DNA of 64,000 bases from Candidatus Velesiimonas alkalicola (GTDB lineage: Bacteria; Omnitrophota; Gorgyraeia; Velesiimonadales; Velesiimonadaceae): NCBI GenBank assembly GCA_013626165.1, contig NDHX01000008.1, forward strand, positions 3,316 through 67,315, in the 5' to 3' direction. Shown in pieces: positions 51,060-60,496 of this stretch; positions within the stretch are counted from its first letter, which is position 1, and each line of letters opens with the position of its first letter. The position numbers were made by a program, and so were the translations under genes. The notes under the pieces were generated by a model. The model worked only from the letters and a program-made list of their open reading frames with translations, was not told the DNA's origin and ran no database searches.

Positions 51060-52172
51060 TTATTTTTTCATTGTATTGAGCAAGATTTCTTCTATTCTTC
51101 CTCTATTATTAGCCGGATCAATATAAGCATCAATAATCTGTTCATGTGGCAAGGATTCAATTCTTTCATTCATTATATTCAAAACTTTTGTATTAATTTC
51201 TATTGCCTTTTTAACCGGCATTTTCTCAGGATTTATATCAATCCCGAAAAATTCATCATAACCCATCATTTTTAATACATAAAGCAACGCTTCTGCCTGC
51301 TGCCACTCCAGAACGCCAATATTCAAGTCTTGGTCATAATTTCCCAGTGGCTGGCTATTCCAGTGAGTATGCGCAAGCCGTCCCTCCAATCCAACCAATG
51401 AATAAGCTGCGGCGGCATCTTCATAGCCCATCCTGACATGGCCTATTTCCGGGTTAAGTCCAACAAGTGCATACCCTTTATCCAGTAAATCTTTATTCTT
51501 TTTATTTTTCAATTTTTTCTCTATCCTCTCGGCGGCAAGAATACCCTCTGCTGTTGTTCTGTAAACATTATTCGGAGCAGGTTCATAGGGCTTGGGTTCT
51601 ATTGCAATTCTTACACCGGGTAGTTCATCCATCGCTGTTGCAAGTGCATCTTCAAAATTGTTCCACATCCAATAAAATATTGTGCCGAGCGAATAGGTAT
51701 AACCATCAATCCCTGGCCAGGAGATGGCGCATCTTGCACCCGATTCTTTTACAATCTTCAGGCCTTCAACTGCAATTTTAATGGCCTTATCTCTTATTTT
51801 GGGATACGGACTTGAAAGCGCACCAAATTCAAAATCTTTTTCAAAAAAATGTGAAAACCCAACCCCAACTAATTTTATACCTGTATTCTTTTCTAACTGT
51901 TTATAAAGGTCAATATTGTCCCAGTTAACTTCTGCAGGGTAATGAGCCTCTATCCCTTTAACTCCAAATTCTGCCATCTCTTCTGCCATTTTTAGTTTTT
52001 CTTTTATTGTTTTGTTTTCCACATATCTTTCATGAAACCTTCCGCCAGCAGGACAAAAATACCATATACCCACTGAAAATTTTAAATCTAACCTGAAGGC
52101 CTTCATATGCTTTAAAAGAGTTTCTTTACCCCTTACCTTTTTTTGGTACGATAAGTCTTTTAATTTATACAT
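51060..52172 (-). CDS. Xylose-isomerase-family TIM-barrel sugar isomerase
   Basis: IEPKPYEP and SWPGIDGY motifs resemble XylA IEPKPxEP / WGGREGY; paired with FGGY kinase. Confidence 0.65.
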   Translation of the reverse strand: MYKLKDLSYQKKVRGKETLLKHMKAFRLDLKFSVGIWYFCPAGGRFHERYVENKTIKEKLKMAEEMAEFGVKGIEAHYPAEVNWDNIDLYKQLEKNTGIKLVGVGFSHFFEKDFEFGALSSPYPKIRDKAIKIAVEGLKIVKESGARCAISWPGIDGYTYSLGTIFYWMWNNFEDALATAMDELPGVRIAIEPKPYEPAPNNVYRTTAEGILAAERIEKKLKNKKNKDLLDKGYALVGLNPEIGHVRMGYEDAAAAYSLVGLEGRLAHTHWNSQPLGNYDQDLNIGVLEWQQAEALLYVLKMMGYDEFFGIDINPEKMPVKKAIEINTKVLNIMNERIESLPHEQIIDAYIDPANNRGRIEEILLNTMKK

Positions 52173-53803
52173 AATGTTTCACCTCCCCAAGTTTTTAGAT
52201 GTTTTTGTTCCAGTTCATTGTAATATGTAATTAAAAATTTCATACCTTTTACATTTTCAGGTATTGGTTTAATAAAACTTTCTTTTTCAATCTGCACATA
52301 TTTTGCCACAGCCTCCTTATAAGAAGTTTTTGTCAAAAACAGTGCACCGCTTATTGCGCAGCCAAGTGGGGCCGCATATTCGGAATTTTTTATAGTATAA
52401 CTTTTTGCGTTAAATGCATCTGAAATCCACTGTCGCAAAACAGGATTTTTTGAACCACCCGCCGCGATACAGAGTGTGTTCACTTTACTCAAGTGTGAGG
52501 AGTGAGCCTTAAGAGCAAGTGCAAAAGAGAGATGCAAGGCTCTTATGTTTGTTTCTTTTTCATCCTCCTTAAAATCATCTCTTACTATACCTTTTTTACA
52601 TAAAGGAGTAGATTCATCAAGAAGATAAGGGAGCATAATCTTATCTTGACTGCTTATCTCTGATTTGCCGACTGATTGGACATATAAATCCCAGTCTTTT
52701 TTTGTTATTTCGGCAATAGATGATTTTGTTATATATTTTTTTAAGAAATGTTCATGCACTTTTCCTCCATTGGTAAAAACACTTAAAGCCATTGCTCTTC
52801 CTCTGGTATAACCAAATATATTATATTCACCTGATATAGAGGGTGTAATTTCTTTTATTGCTCCATTAACCGTGTAGCTGCTTCCAAGAGAAATAACAAT
52901 ATTGCCACCACACCCTAATAATGTAGCAGGGTTATCCCCTGTCCCGACCAATACTGTGGCATGCGGATTAACCCCATATTTTTTAATAAAATAATTACAC
53001 ACACTTCCTGCTACTGTATCATAATCTACCATCTTGCCTATTTTTTCTTCAAGAGGTGAATAGAAACTGCTTTTATTCAAATAGCCATCAATACTTTTTA
53101 GAACAATCTTATTCCATTGGGGGTATTTAATATTAAGTGTATTCAGATTGGTGCCCCATCCATCGCCTGTGTCCACAGGTGCTATTTTGCCTATTAAAAT
53201 TGAAGTTAAAAACGCACTTAATAAAAATATATGTGAAGTTGCTTTATACTCTTCTGGCGATTCTTTTGCCCACTTTATTATCTGTGCCGCGGGAAATCTT
53301 AATTCTGCTTTATTGCCTGTTAGTTTAATGATTCTGTCTTTCTTTTTTAAAATACCTGTAAGAAATTTAACTTCTTCAATCGGACTTCTGTCTTCCCATA
53401 TCGGGATTGTACTTCTTGTAATACCAGGTTTTAATTGTTTAAGCAAACCATTTCCTGAATCTAAGTTTTTTAATATACACTTAAATAACCCATTAGCATA
53501 TACTGTACAGTGTTGCATTGCATCTATTTTAATAATGTATATCTGATTCAAATCTATACTGTCATTTAACAATTTCTTAAAAACACAATCAAGCGATTCA
53601 ATCAGCATATAAGAAGATGTATGTCTGATTTCAGGCAGAGTGTTTTTAAGTACCCCGCCTTCTGTATGATATTCTGGAAATTCCTTATCATAATCAAATT
53701 TATTCTTATAAACTGTATCTCCGCGTTCTATATCTAACACAATTAACTTTACTGATTGAGTACTAAACTCTATGCCCAATGAAAAAATTTTGTTGTTGCT
53801 CAT
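52160..53803 (-). CDS. FGGY-family carbohydrate kinase (xylulokinase/rhamnulokinase-like)
   Basis: 547 aa, GTGDNPA and sugar kinase N/C domains. Confidence 0.8.
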   Translation of the reverse strand: MSNNKIFSLGIEFSTQSVKLIVLDIERGDTVYKNKFDYDKEFPEYHTEGGVLKNTLPEIRHTSSYMLIESLDCVFKKLLNDSIDLNQIYIIKIDAMQHCTVYANGLFKCILKNLDSGNGLLKQLKPGITRSTIPIWEDRSPIEEVKFLTGILKKKDRIIKLTGNKAELRFPAAQIIKWAKESPEEYKATSHIFLLSAFLTSILIGKIAPVDTGDGWGTNLNTLNIKYPQWNKIVLKSIDGYLNKSSFYSPLEEKIGKMVDYDTVAGSVCNYFIKKYGVNPHATVLVGTGDNPATLLGCGGNIVISLGSSYTVNGAIKEITPSISGEYNIFGYTRGRAMALSVFTNGGKVHEHFLKKYITKSSIAEITKKDWDLYVQSVGKSEISSQDKIMLPYLLDESTPLCKKGIVRDDFKEDEKETNIRALHLSFALALKAHSSHLSKVNTLCIAAGGSKNPVLRQWISDAFNAKSYTIKNSEYAAPLGCAISGALFLTKTSYKEAVAKYVQIEKESFIKPIPENVKGMKFLITYYNELEQKHLKTWGGETLCIN

Positions 53804-53866
53804 AGATTAACCTATTGTTCTTATCATCAATCCCTAACAATTGTTGGCAGTGAATTCAAGCATATT

Positions 53867-54514
53867 CTATTTAATATTCAGCTCTCCCATAAGCATCTGC
53901 ATCGGGTCAGTATATTTTTTATAATCGGAGGGTACTTCAAATAATTCTTTTGCAGGAGAAATAAGTTTTATATCAGAGAATTCAATTACTATCTTTCCAT
54001 CGCTTGTCTCTACCTCAGATCGGATAGGCACACTGGGCTGAGATTTTGATAGCCAGTAATATGCTTTTATTTCTTGTTTGTCTGATTTTGTACTGATTTT
54101 ATATTTATCACAGACAACACCGTTAAGGGTTTCTTCTGCTATTTTTGTATATTCAATATCTTTGGGGATTATATTTATTTGTTCCTGAGAGATTTCTATG
54201 TATCCTTTTTTTGATGGATATAAAACCCAAAATAATTTTTTATCCTGTCTTATAATGACAACAGTTTCATTTAAGCCAAGTTCTTTTATCTCTGCTACTG
54301 TTGCGGCATCTAACCCAGATATTTTTGTTAAATCCATTTCTGTTCTTATATTGTCGCCCAATTTAGCAATTTTCAGACTTATTTTTTGATCCTGTGTTGT
54401 AAGTGTTATTGTACAATTACCTGAAAAATCTGCCGGTATAATTTTAAGCCCCAAAAGTTCAGGTACCTGTGTGTCAATATCCTGACAGTACAAAGCCCCC
54501 GAAACCGTTAACAA
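53867..54514 (-). CDS. Hypothetical secreted/lipoprotein-like protein; start ambiguous (possible homopolymer frameshift at 54525-54531)
   Basis: Track ORF starts with TTG; ATGAAAAAT... upstream is out of frame by one nt. Confidence 0.35.
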   Translation of the reverse strand: MLTVSGALYCQDIDTQVPELLGLKIIPADFSGNCTITLTTQDQKISLKIAKLGDNIRTEMDLTKISGLDAATVAEIKELGLNETVVIIRQDKKLFWVLYPSKKGYIEISQEQINIIPKDIEYTKIAEETLNGVVCDKYKISTKSDKQEIKAYYWLSKSQPSVPIRSEVETSDGKIVIEFSDIKLISPAKELFEVPSDYKKYTDPMQMLMGELNIK

Positions 54515-54554
54515 ATAAAATACAACTAATTTTTCATATCCCTCCTTTAAGTTG

Positions 54555-55358
54555 TTATGATTTGACTGCCCTTAAAAGCCCTTCTACGAAAAAGGCTGTT
54601 TTTCCTAATATGTCTTTTGAGTGGACATTCTCCTGGATTTTTTTCACAATTGCGCTTCCTACAATAACGCCGTCGCAATGTTGAGCAAGTGTTTTCGCCT
54701 GTTGAGGATTTGATATCCCGAATCCCACACATATGGGTCTGTGTGTAAGGCTTTTAATAAACTTTATCTCTTCTACTAATTGTTCAGGGAGTTCTTTTCT
54801 TTCACCTGTAACACCAACTACACTTACATAATATATAAAACCTGTCCCTTTCTTTGCGACTATCCTGATCCTTTTTTTAGAACTTGTTGGGGTAAGCAAA
54901 AATATTGTATTAAGAGAATACTTTTTTGCAATATCTATAATCTCTTGTGCTTCTTCGGGCGGGAGGTCCGGAATAATTACACCATCAACACCGTTTTTGG
55001 TTGCATCCTGGACAAACTTTTTAATCCCATAAACAAATATTGGGTTATAGTATGCCATAAGAACAATAGGAATTTTTATTTTTTCTCTTAATTCTTTTAC
55101 CATCTGAATTATGATTTTGAGACTCACACCCTTTTCTAATGCTTTCTGCGATGCCATCTGTATAACAGGTCCGTCTGCAATGGGGTCTGAGAATGGAACA
55201 CCGAGCTCAACAATATCACACCCAATTTTTTCAAACTTTTGGACCAAAATCTTTGTTGTTTTTATGTCAGGGTACCCTGCTGTTATATATGGAATAAAAG
55301 CCTTTCTGTTTTGTTTTTTTAGTCTTTCAAATGTCTGATCAATCCTGTTTTTTGTCAT
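54555..55358 (-). CDS. trpA: Tryptophan synthase alpha chain
   Basis: GVPFSDPIADGPVIQ signature; no trpB adjacent. Confidence 0.9.
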   Translation of the reverse strand: MTKNRIDQTFERLKKQNRKAFIPYITAGYPDIKTTKILVQKFEKIGCDIVELGVPFSDPIADGPVIQMASQKALEKGVSLKIIIQMVKELREKIKIPIVLMAYYNPIFVYGIKKFVQDATKNGVDGVIIPDLPPEEAQEIIDIAKKYSLNTIFLLTPTSSKKRIRIVAKKGTGFIYYVSVVGVTGERKELPEQLVEEIKFIKSLTHRPICVGFGISNPQQAKTLAQHCDGVIVGSAIVKKIQENVHSKDILGKTAFFVEGLLRAVKS

Positions 55359-55442
55359 ATGTATCTTTTTTACTTCACCCAGAAGTGTCCTCATGAGGGC
55401 GAACCTGTAAGTTTTAATATATTGTAAATAAATAAATTATGT

Positions 55443-56291
55443 TTATATCTTTGCTTTTCTTAACATTGCAAGCACCCTGTCTAAATCATCCAATGAAAAG
55501 TATTCTATCTCAATATGTCCCCTTTTCTTTCCGTGTGTAATCCTTACCCTCGTTCCCAATATCTGCTGTAGTTCTTGTTCAAGTTGGACAATGTTCTGGT
55601 CCTTTGACAACTTTGTTTTTTTGCCTGAAATAATATTTTTTAGCACATTTTCTAACCGTCTTACTGACCATTCAAAGTTTATTGTTTTGTTAGATATTGA
55701 AATCTGGGTTTTCGGGTTTTCAATAGACAGAAGTGCTTTTGCATGTCCCATTGATAGTGTTCCACGTGAAATATTATCTTGAATTATCTGCGGAAGTTTT
55801 AAAATTCTTAAGCAGTTTGCAACAGTAGACCTATCTTTTCCAACTCTTTGCGCAACAACATCTTGTGTAAAACCAAAGTCTTTGACGAGTTTTTCATATC
55901 CTTTCGCTTCTTCTATGGGATTTAAATCCTGTCTCTGTAGGTTTTCAATAAGAGCGTATTCTAAAAGTTCTGTATCAGTAACATCTTTTATAAGGGCCGG
56001 AATGTCTTTTATTTCAAGGGATTTTACTGCCCTGTGTCTTCTTTCTCCGGCTATTATTTCATATTTTTCTCCACAGCGTCGCACAAGTATGGGCTGGACA
56101 ACGCCATTTTCTCTTATGGAGGCGATTAAATTATTCAATTTTTCTTCATCAAATTTTTCTCTGGGCTGAAATCTATTGGGTATAATTTTTTCTACCGGAA
56201 TGTTTATTACCCTTTCTCCCTCAATATCTGCTGTCTTATTTTGTTCTGATATAAGAACACTCAATCCTTTACCGAGAGACTTTTTTCCCAT
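55443..56291 (-). CDS. parB: Chromosome partitioning protein ParB
   Basis: ParB box GERRHRAV, HTH, 283 aa from MGKKSLGKGL. Confidence 0.9.
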   Translation of the reverse strand: MGKKSLGKGLSVLISEQNKTADIEGERVINIPVEKIIPNRFQPREKFDEEKLNNLIASIRENGVVQPILVRRCGEKYEIIAGERRHRAVKSLEIKDIPALIKDVTDTELLEYALIENLQRQDLNPIEEAKGYEKLVKDFGFTQDVVAQRVGKDRSTVANCLRILKLPQIIQDNISRGTLSMGHAKALLSIENPKTQISISNKTINFEWSVRRLENVLKNIISGKKTKLSKDQNIVQLEQELQQILGTRVRITHGKKRGHIEIEYFSLDDLDRVLAMLRKAKI

Positions 56292-56311
56292 ATATCCCCT
56301 TTCCTTAAGAC

Positions 56312-56407
56312 GACTGGTAAGTGGTGACAAATAACCGGTAACCGGTGACTGGAAAATAAAAAATAATAAAAACTCCTTTCCCTGTTGCCTGCCACCAGTC
56401 TCGCCTA
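56312..56407. repeat. TGGTGAC/CGGTAAC heptad-period array with inverted arm (repeat family copy F) between parA and parB
   Basis: gactggtaagtggtgacaaataaccggtaaccggtgactgg...ccaccagtctcgcctatcacctgttattgg. Confidence 0.65.
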
Positions 56408-57256
56408 TCACCTGTTATTGGGGCTTGGTAGCGGTCCAGCTATCCCACATTTTTGTTTTCTTAAAAATTCTTCTCCAAATTCCTTGTATTTTATTGCGCC
56501 GGTACAAAATGGTTCATAAAGACTTATGGGCTTATTAAAACTCGGGGCTTCACTTAATTTTATTGTTCTTGGGATAACAGTGTCATAAGCCTTGTTGTTG
56601 AAGTATTGTCTGACATCACTTATGATCTCTGTAGAAAATCTTGTTCTATGATCAGCCATTGTAAGGAGCACCCCCTCAATTTCAAGAACAGGATTTAAAC
56701 TGCGTTTTATCCTTTGAATAGTATCTATTAATTGGACAACCCCTTCTAATGCAAAATATTCACATTGAAGGGGTATAAGAATGGAATGAGACCCTACCAA
56801 AGCATTTATCGTCAAAAGTCCCAAAGAAGGGGGACAGTCTAATATTATAAAGTCATAAGAAGACCGAAGATTTTCTATCGAATTTTTTATTCTAAATTCC
56901 CGTCCCAGCACAGAAACAAGCTCCAATTCTGCTCCTACAAGGTTTATGTTGGAGGGAATTATAAATAGGTTTTCAATAAGGATAGGGATCACTGCTTCTT
57001 GCGGTTGAATATGTTGCATTATTACATCATAAGTGTTGTATTTTATATTTTTTTTGTCTACACCAAGCCCACTTGTTGCATTTGCCTGCGGGTCGCAATC
57101 TACTATAAGCGTCTTTTTACCGCTCTGAGACAAAAAAGCACTTAAATTTATTGCAGTGGTGGTTTTTCCAACACCACCTTTTTGGTTGCAAACAGAGATA
57201 GTTTTACTCACAATATTTCCTGTTGATGCTAAAAGGCCCCGTTGCACGACCCCCAT
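56408..57256 (-). CDS. parA: Chromosome partitioning ATPase ParA (Soj)
   Basis: Deviant Walker A NQKGGVGKTTT; C-terminal tail reads into repeat F. Confidence 0.9.
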   Translation of the reverse strand: MGVVQRGLLASTGNIVSKTISVCNQKGGVGKTTTAINLSAFLSQSGKKTLIVDCDPQANATSGLGVDKKNIKYNTYDVIMQHIQPQEAVIPILIENLFIIPSNINLVGAELELVSVLGREFRIKNSIENLRSSYDFIILDCPPSLGLLTINALVGSHSILIPLQCEYFALEGVVQLIDTIQRIKRSLNPVLEIEGVLLTMADHRTRFSTEIISDVRQYFNNKAYDTVIPRTIKLSEAPSFNKPISLYEPFCTGAIKYKEFGEEFLRKQKCGIAGPLPSPNNR

Positions 57257-57261
57257 AGAAT

Positions 57262-57296
57262 AGGTGACTGGCGACCGGCGGTAACAGGTGACAAAG
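57262..57296. repeat. GGTGAC heptad array (repeat family copy G) immediately upstream of parA
   Basis: aggtgactggcgaccggcggtaacaggtgacaaag. Confidence 0.6.
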
Positions 57297-57488
57297 AAAA
57301 ATAATAAATGACCTCAATTCCACACCCAGGGAGTATCCGAAGATACAAATTCCACACCCAAAGGGTGCCCGAATTTCCAAAAGTTTGGTTATTGTAATTT
57401 GGTCATTGAATATTGTTTGGTGCTTCGGGTACCCTCTGGGTGTGTGATTTGTATCCTGGTGCTTGTGGGTTATGCTCACAGACTCTAG

Positions 57489-57504
57489 TGTTCCACGTGG
57501 AACA
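57489..57504. promoter_or_regulatory. parS: parS-like centromere site TGTTCCACGTGGAACA (14/16 to consensus TGTTTCACGTGAAACA, mismatches symmetric)
   Basis: Perfect 16-bp palindrome 233 bp upstream of parA start. Confidence 0.6.
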
Positions 57505-57619
57505 TTAACAGTTTGGAACTGTTGTATAACCCTATTTTTAGATGGCCCTTTTTTACAAAAGGGAAATACCCGTCACTTCGGGGCAGCCCCTTTCCTAAAA
57601 GGGGAATGAAATACTTGTT

Positions 57620-57628
57620 TTATCCACA
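57620..57628 (+). promoter_or_regulatory. Perfect consensus DnaA box TTATCCACA in parA-yidC spacer
   Basis: ...ttgttTTATCCACAtgtcgg...; flanked by two 13-bp aattccacaccca direct repeats at 57317 and 57348. Confidence 0.5.
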
Positions 57629-57664
57629 TGTCGGAATTTCAGGTTTTTTGTTTTTCATTTATAA

Positions 57665-59254
57665 TTATTTTTGAAGTTTATGTGTGACTAATATTTGTAT
57701 TCCTGAATTGACAAGTGTGCTTGTAAGAAAATTCAGAATAAATCCGGAGGGCATAGAATAGAATGCAAAACCAAGTATAAGAGGCATAATATAAACCAGC
57801 ATCTTTTGGCTTGGTTCTGTAACTGTTTGTGTTGATGTAAGAGTTTGTTGTAGATACATTGCACCTATAACAAAAACAGGCAGCATATTGAGCCATTCAC
57901 CTATAACAGGTAAAGAAAATGGAAGACGAAAGGCTTTATCCGGACCCGCCAAATCTTTTATCCATAGAAATTGCGCCCCCCTTAATTCTACCGATCTCAT
58001 TAGGACTTGATATAATGCAAAAAATATAGGAATTTGAAGAAGCATTGGTAGACATCCACCAAATGGATTTACTTTGTGTTTTTTATAGGTTTCCATCAGC
58101 TCAGTATTCATTTTTTGAGGATTATCCTTGTGTTTTTCTCTTATTTCTTGCATCTTGGGTTGTATTTCTTGCATTTTTTTCATAGAAATAGCACTCTTTA
58201 TAGAAAGCGGAGACAAAACAATAGAAATGAATATTGATAAAAATATTATGGCTATCCCATAATTTTTTGTCCAGGAGTACACCCAGTTTAAGGTTGCCAA
58301 AAGCATTCTTGATATCACATGTAGCATACCTAATTCGGCAATTTTTGTTGCTGTGGGGTCTATTTTTTTAAGATTTTCATAATTTATTGGCCCTACATAT
58401 AATTTAAAGTTTTCGGAATACTCCCCTTCAGGTTTTAATGTTAAAATTTGGGACCTTAATCCTACAACTCCTCTATCGTCTTCCAAATTTGAGTAAACGA
58501 CCGCAGAACCAGGTCTACCCTCCGGCTTTAATAAAACACAGAAATATCTGCTTCTTATACTTACCCAGTTTGTCTGTCCAACCCTTTCTTTTAACTGGGA
58601 AAGAGCCCTTCTAAATGGTTCTTTATAAAACCTTTGGTTTGTAAAACTAAGAACCTCTATAAGTGCTTTATCGTTGGGTGCATCTATAGAAATGCCAGAT
58701 GCACAACCTATTGTATAATAGGCTGTTATGTCTGACTCAGACAAATTTTTAAGTTTTAGACTTAAATGAAGAACATTTTCATCAGTCTCTTGTATTTCTC
58801 TTATAACTTCTATCCCTTCTTCATATATCCCAGTGAAAGTAGCTTTTAAACGTCCTATATTTGTTTTAAAGTCTGTTGGTGAGATATTTATGGGTTTATT
58901 ATCTTTTACAATTGTCAAATTAAAGGAAAAAGGGCTTATCTGGCTCATATCGTCAGCATTTATAATGGCAAGAGGGTGCGGTTCCCCTATTACTTCATGT
59001 TTTTCAGACGCAACCTTTCTTATAGAGCCATCGTTTTTACTAAAATCCAGAAGAAAACTTTCTGTCTGAAAAGGTATTCTTTTGTGGACAACTTCTTTTT
59101 TTATAACATTTTGATAACCAATGTATTGTGGCGGTTCAACCTGTTGTATCTGTGGGGGCTCTTTCTGTCTGTGTGTTATTTTACTCATATACCAGGGATA
59201 AAAAAGCATAAATGCAATCAATATTATCATTGCCACAATATATCTTGGATTCAT
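57665..59254 (-). CDS. yidC: Membrane protein insertase YidC
   Basis: 529 aa, N-terminal TM, periplasmic domain, C-terminal conserved 5-TM core. Confidence 0.9.
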   Translation of the reverse strand: MNPRYIVAMIILIAFMLFYPWYMSKITHRQKEPPQIQQVEPPQYIGYQNVIKKEVVHKRIPFQTESFLLDFSKNDGSIRKVASEKHEVIGEPHPLAIINADDMSQISPFSFNLTIVKDNKPINISPTDFKTNIGRLKATFTGIYEEGIEVIREIQETDENVLHLSLKLKNLSESDITAYYTIGCASGISIDAPNDKALIEVLSFTNQRFYKEPFRRALSQLKERVGQTNWVSIRSRYFCVLLKPEGRPGSAVVYSNLEDDRGVVGLRSQILTLKPEGEYSENFKLYVGPINYENLKKIDPTATKIAELGMLHVISRMLLATLNWVYSWTKNYGIAIIFLSIFISIVLSPLSIKSAISMKKMQEIQPKMQEIREKHKDNPQKMNTELMETYKKHKVNPFGGCLPMLLQIPIFFALYQVLMRSVELRGAQFLWIKDLAGPDKAFRLPFSLPVIGEWLNMLPVFVIGAMYLQQTLTSTQTVTEPSQKMLVYIMPLILGFAFYSMPSGFILNFLTSTLVNSGIQILVTHKLQK

Positions 59255-59271
59255 CGTTTAATCCTCCCGCT

Positions 59272-59376
59272 CTTGGTCAATGGTAGCTGGTAACTGGCGA
59301 CTGTGGACTAAATTTTTCTCTCTCACCTGTTACCCGTCACAAGTCACCTGTCCTTTGTCGCCTGTCACCTGTTGGG
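59272..59376. repeat. TGGTAGC / ACCTGTC heptad-period inverted array (repeat family copy H) between yidD and yidC; overlaps yidD 3' end
   Basis: tggtagctggtaactggcgactgtggac...acctgttacccgtcacaagtcacctgtcctttgtcgcctgtcacctgtt. Confidence 0.7.
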
Positions 59377-59576
59377 TCATAACCGCCCTTGCACAGTGGG
59401 TTACATCTTATTATTCTTTTAACAGATAAAACCAGTGCCTTGCAGAAACAAAATTTTTCAAATACCTGAATAATGTATTCTGAACAGGTCGGATAAAACC
59501 TGCAACAACCAATAGGCAGGACGAGCCTTCTTATAAAGATAAGTATTCTAATAAATTTTATAAGTACATTATTCAT
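59337..59576 (-). CDS. yidD: Membrane protein insertion efficiency factor YidD (C-terminal DPTGDRRQRTGDL tail encoded by repeat H)
   Basis: CRFYPTCSEY motif. Confidence 0.85.
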   Translation of the reverse strand: MNNVLIKFIRILIFIRRLVLPIGCCRFYPTCSEYIIQVFEKFCFCKALVLSVKRIIRCNPLCKGGYDPTGDRRQRTGDL

Positions 59577-59941
59577 GTCTTAAACAGTTTCTCCATCTCA
59601 TCTTTTATTGTTGCAAATAAACCCTGCTTCTCGTAAAACTTAAGAGCTGTGGGCGAACGGGGAACGGCCTGTTTTTTTGTTAACAAAATCATTTGAGGCT
59701 TTACGAATACAATAATATCAAGTCCTTGTTTCAGGTTAGAGGAGACTTGTCTTAAGGCTTCTCTGAGCAACCTTCTTATCCTGTTTCTGCGCACAGCAGA
59801 CTTACATTTTTTTTTACTTATTATAAAAGCAGCCCTTGTTTTATCTGTGCCTTCAATAAAACACAAAACAAGATACCTGCCCTTTTTGTAAACACCTTGC
59901 TCTGTTACGGTTTTAAACCACTTTTGTTGTTTGTTTTTCAT
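59573..59941 (-). CDS. rnpA: Ribonuclease P protein component
   Basis: 122 aa basic protein, RNR motif IRRLLREA, between rpmH and yidD. Confidence 0.85.
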   Translation of the reverse strand: MKNKQQKWFKTVTEQGVYKKGRYLVLCFIEGTDKTRAAFIISKKKCKSAVRRNRIRRLLREALRQVSSNLKQGLDIIVFVKPQMILLTKKQAVPRSPTALKFYEKQGLFATIKDEMEKLFKT

Positions 59942-59960
59942 GCCCGTAAGGCTTTGCTTT

Positions 59961-60098
59961 TTAAACTGTTAATTTATGTCTTCCTTTTTGTCTTCGTCTT
60001 TTCAGGACCTTCCTTCCATCTTGAGTGGACATTCTTGCACGAAAACCATGAACTCTTTTTCTGTGAATATTAGATGGTGTTTTTAATTTTTTTTTCAT
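59961..60098 (-). CDS. rpmH: 50S ribosomal protein L34
   Basis: Own translation [45 protein letters not shown]; 45 aa, below ORF-track cutoff. Confidence 0.9.
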   Translation of the reverse strand: MKKKLKTPSNIHRKRVHGFRARMSTQDGRKVLKRRRQKGRHKLTV

Positions 60099-60216
60099 CT
60101 CTTATCCTTTCTAAAATTTCATTTTAGATTTCCGCGTAAGATACGCAATAAAGGATTTATTATTATAACCTTTAAAAAATCTTCTTGCAAGTTTCCTGAA
60201 ATAATGGTAATATTAT

Positions 60217-60496
60217 GTGAAGAAAAAGGGGTGCGATATGCCTTCACATTTTAAGCAAGAGATAATTCTTGGACTTGATGTTATAGATAAAGACCATAAG
60301 GAAATATTTAAACGGATAGATACCCTTCTAACAATGTGTGAAAATGATCGTTACGAGTGAAGAAAAAGGGGTGCGATATGCCTTCACATTTTAAGCAAGA
60401 GATAATTCTTGGACTTGATGTTATAGATAAAGACCACAAGGAAATATTTAAACGGACAGATACTCTTCTAACAATGTGTGAAAATGATCGTTACGA
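60217..60496 (+). repeat. Tandem direct duplication, 2 x 140 bp (3 mismatches), spanning RBS and first 40 codons of hemerythrin gene
   Basis: 60217-60356 and 60357-60496 both begin gtgaagaaaaaggggtgcgatATGccttcacattttaagcaagag...; first copy ends in TGA. Confidence 0.9.
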
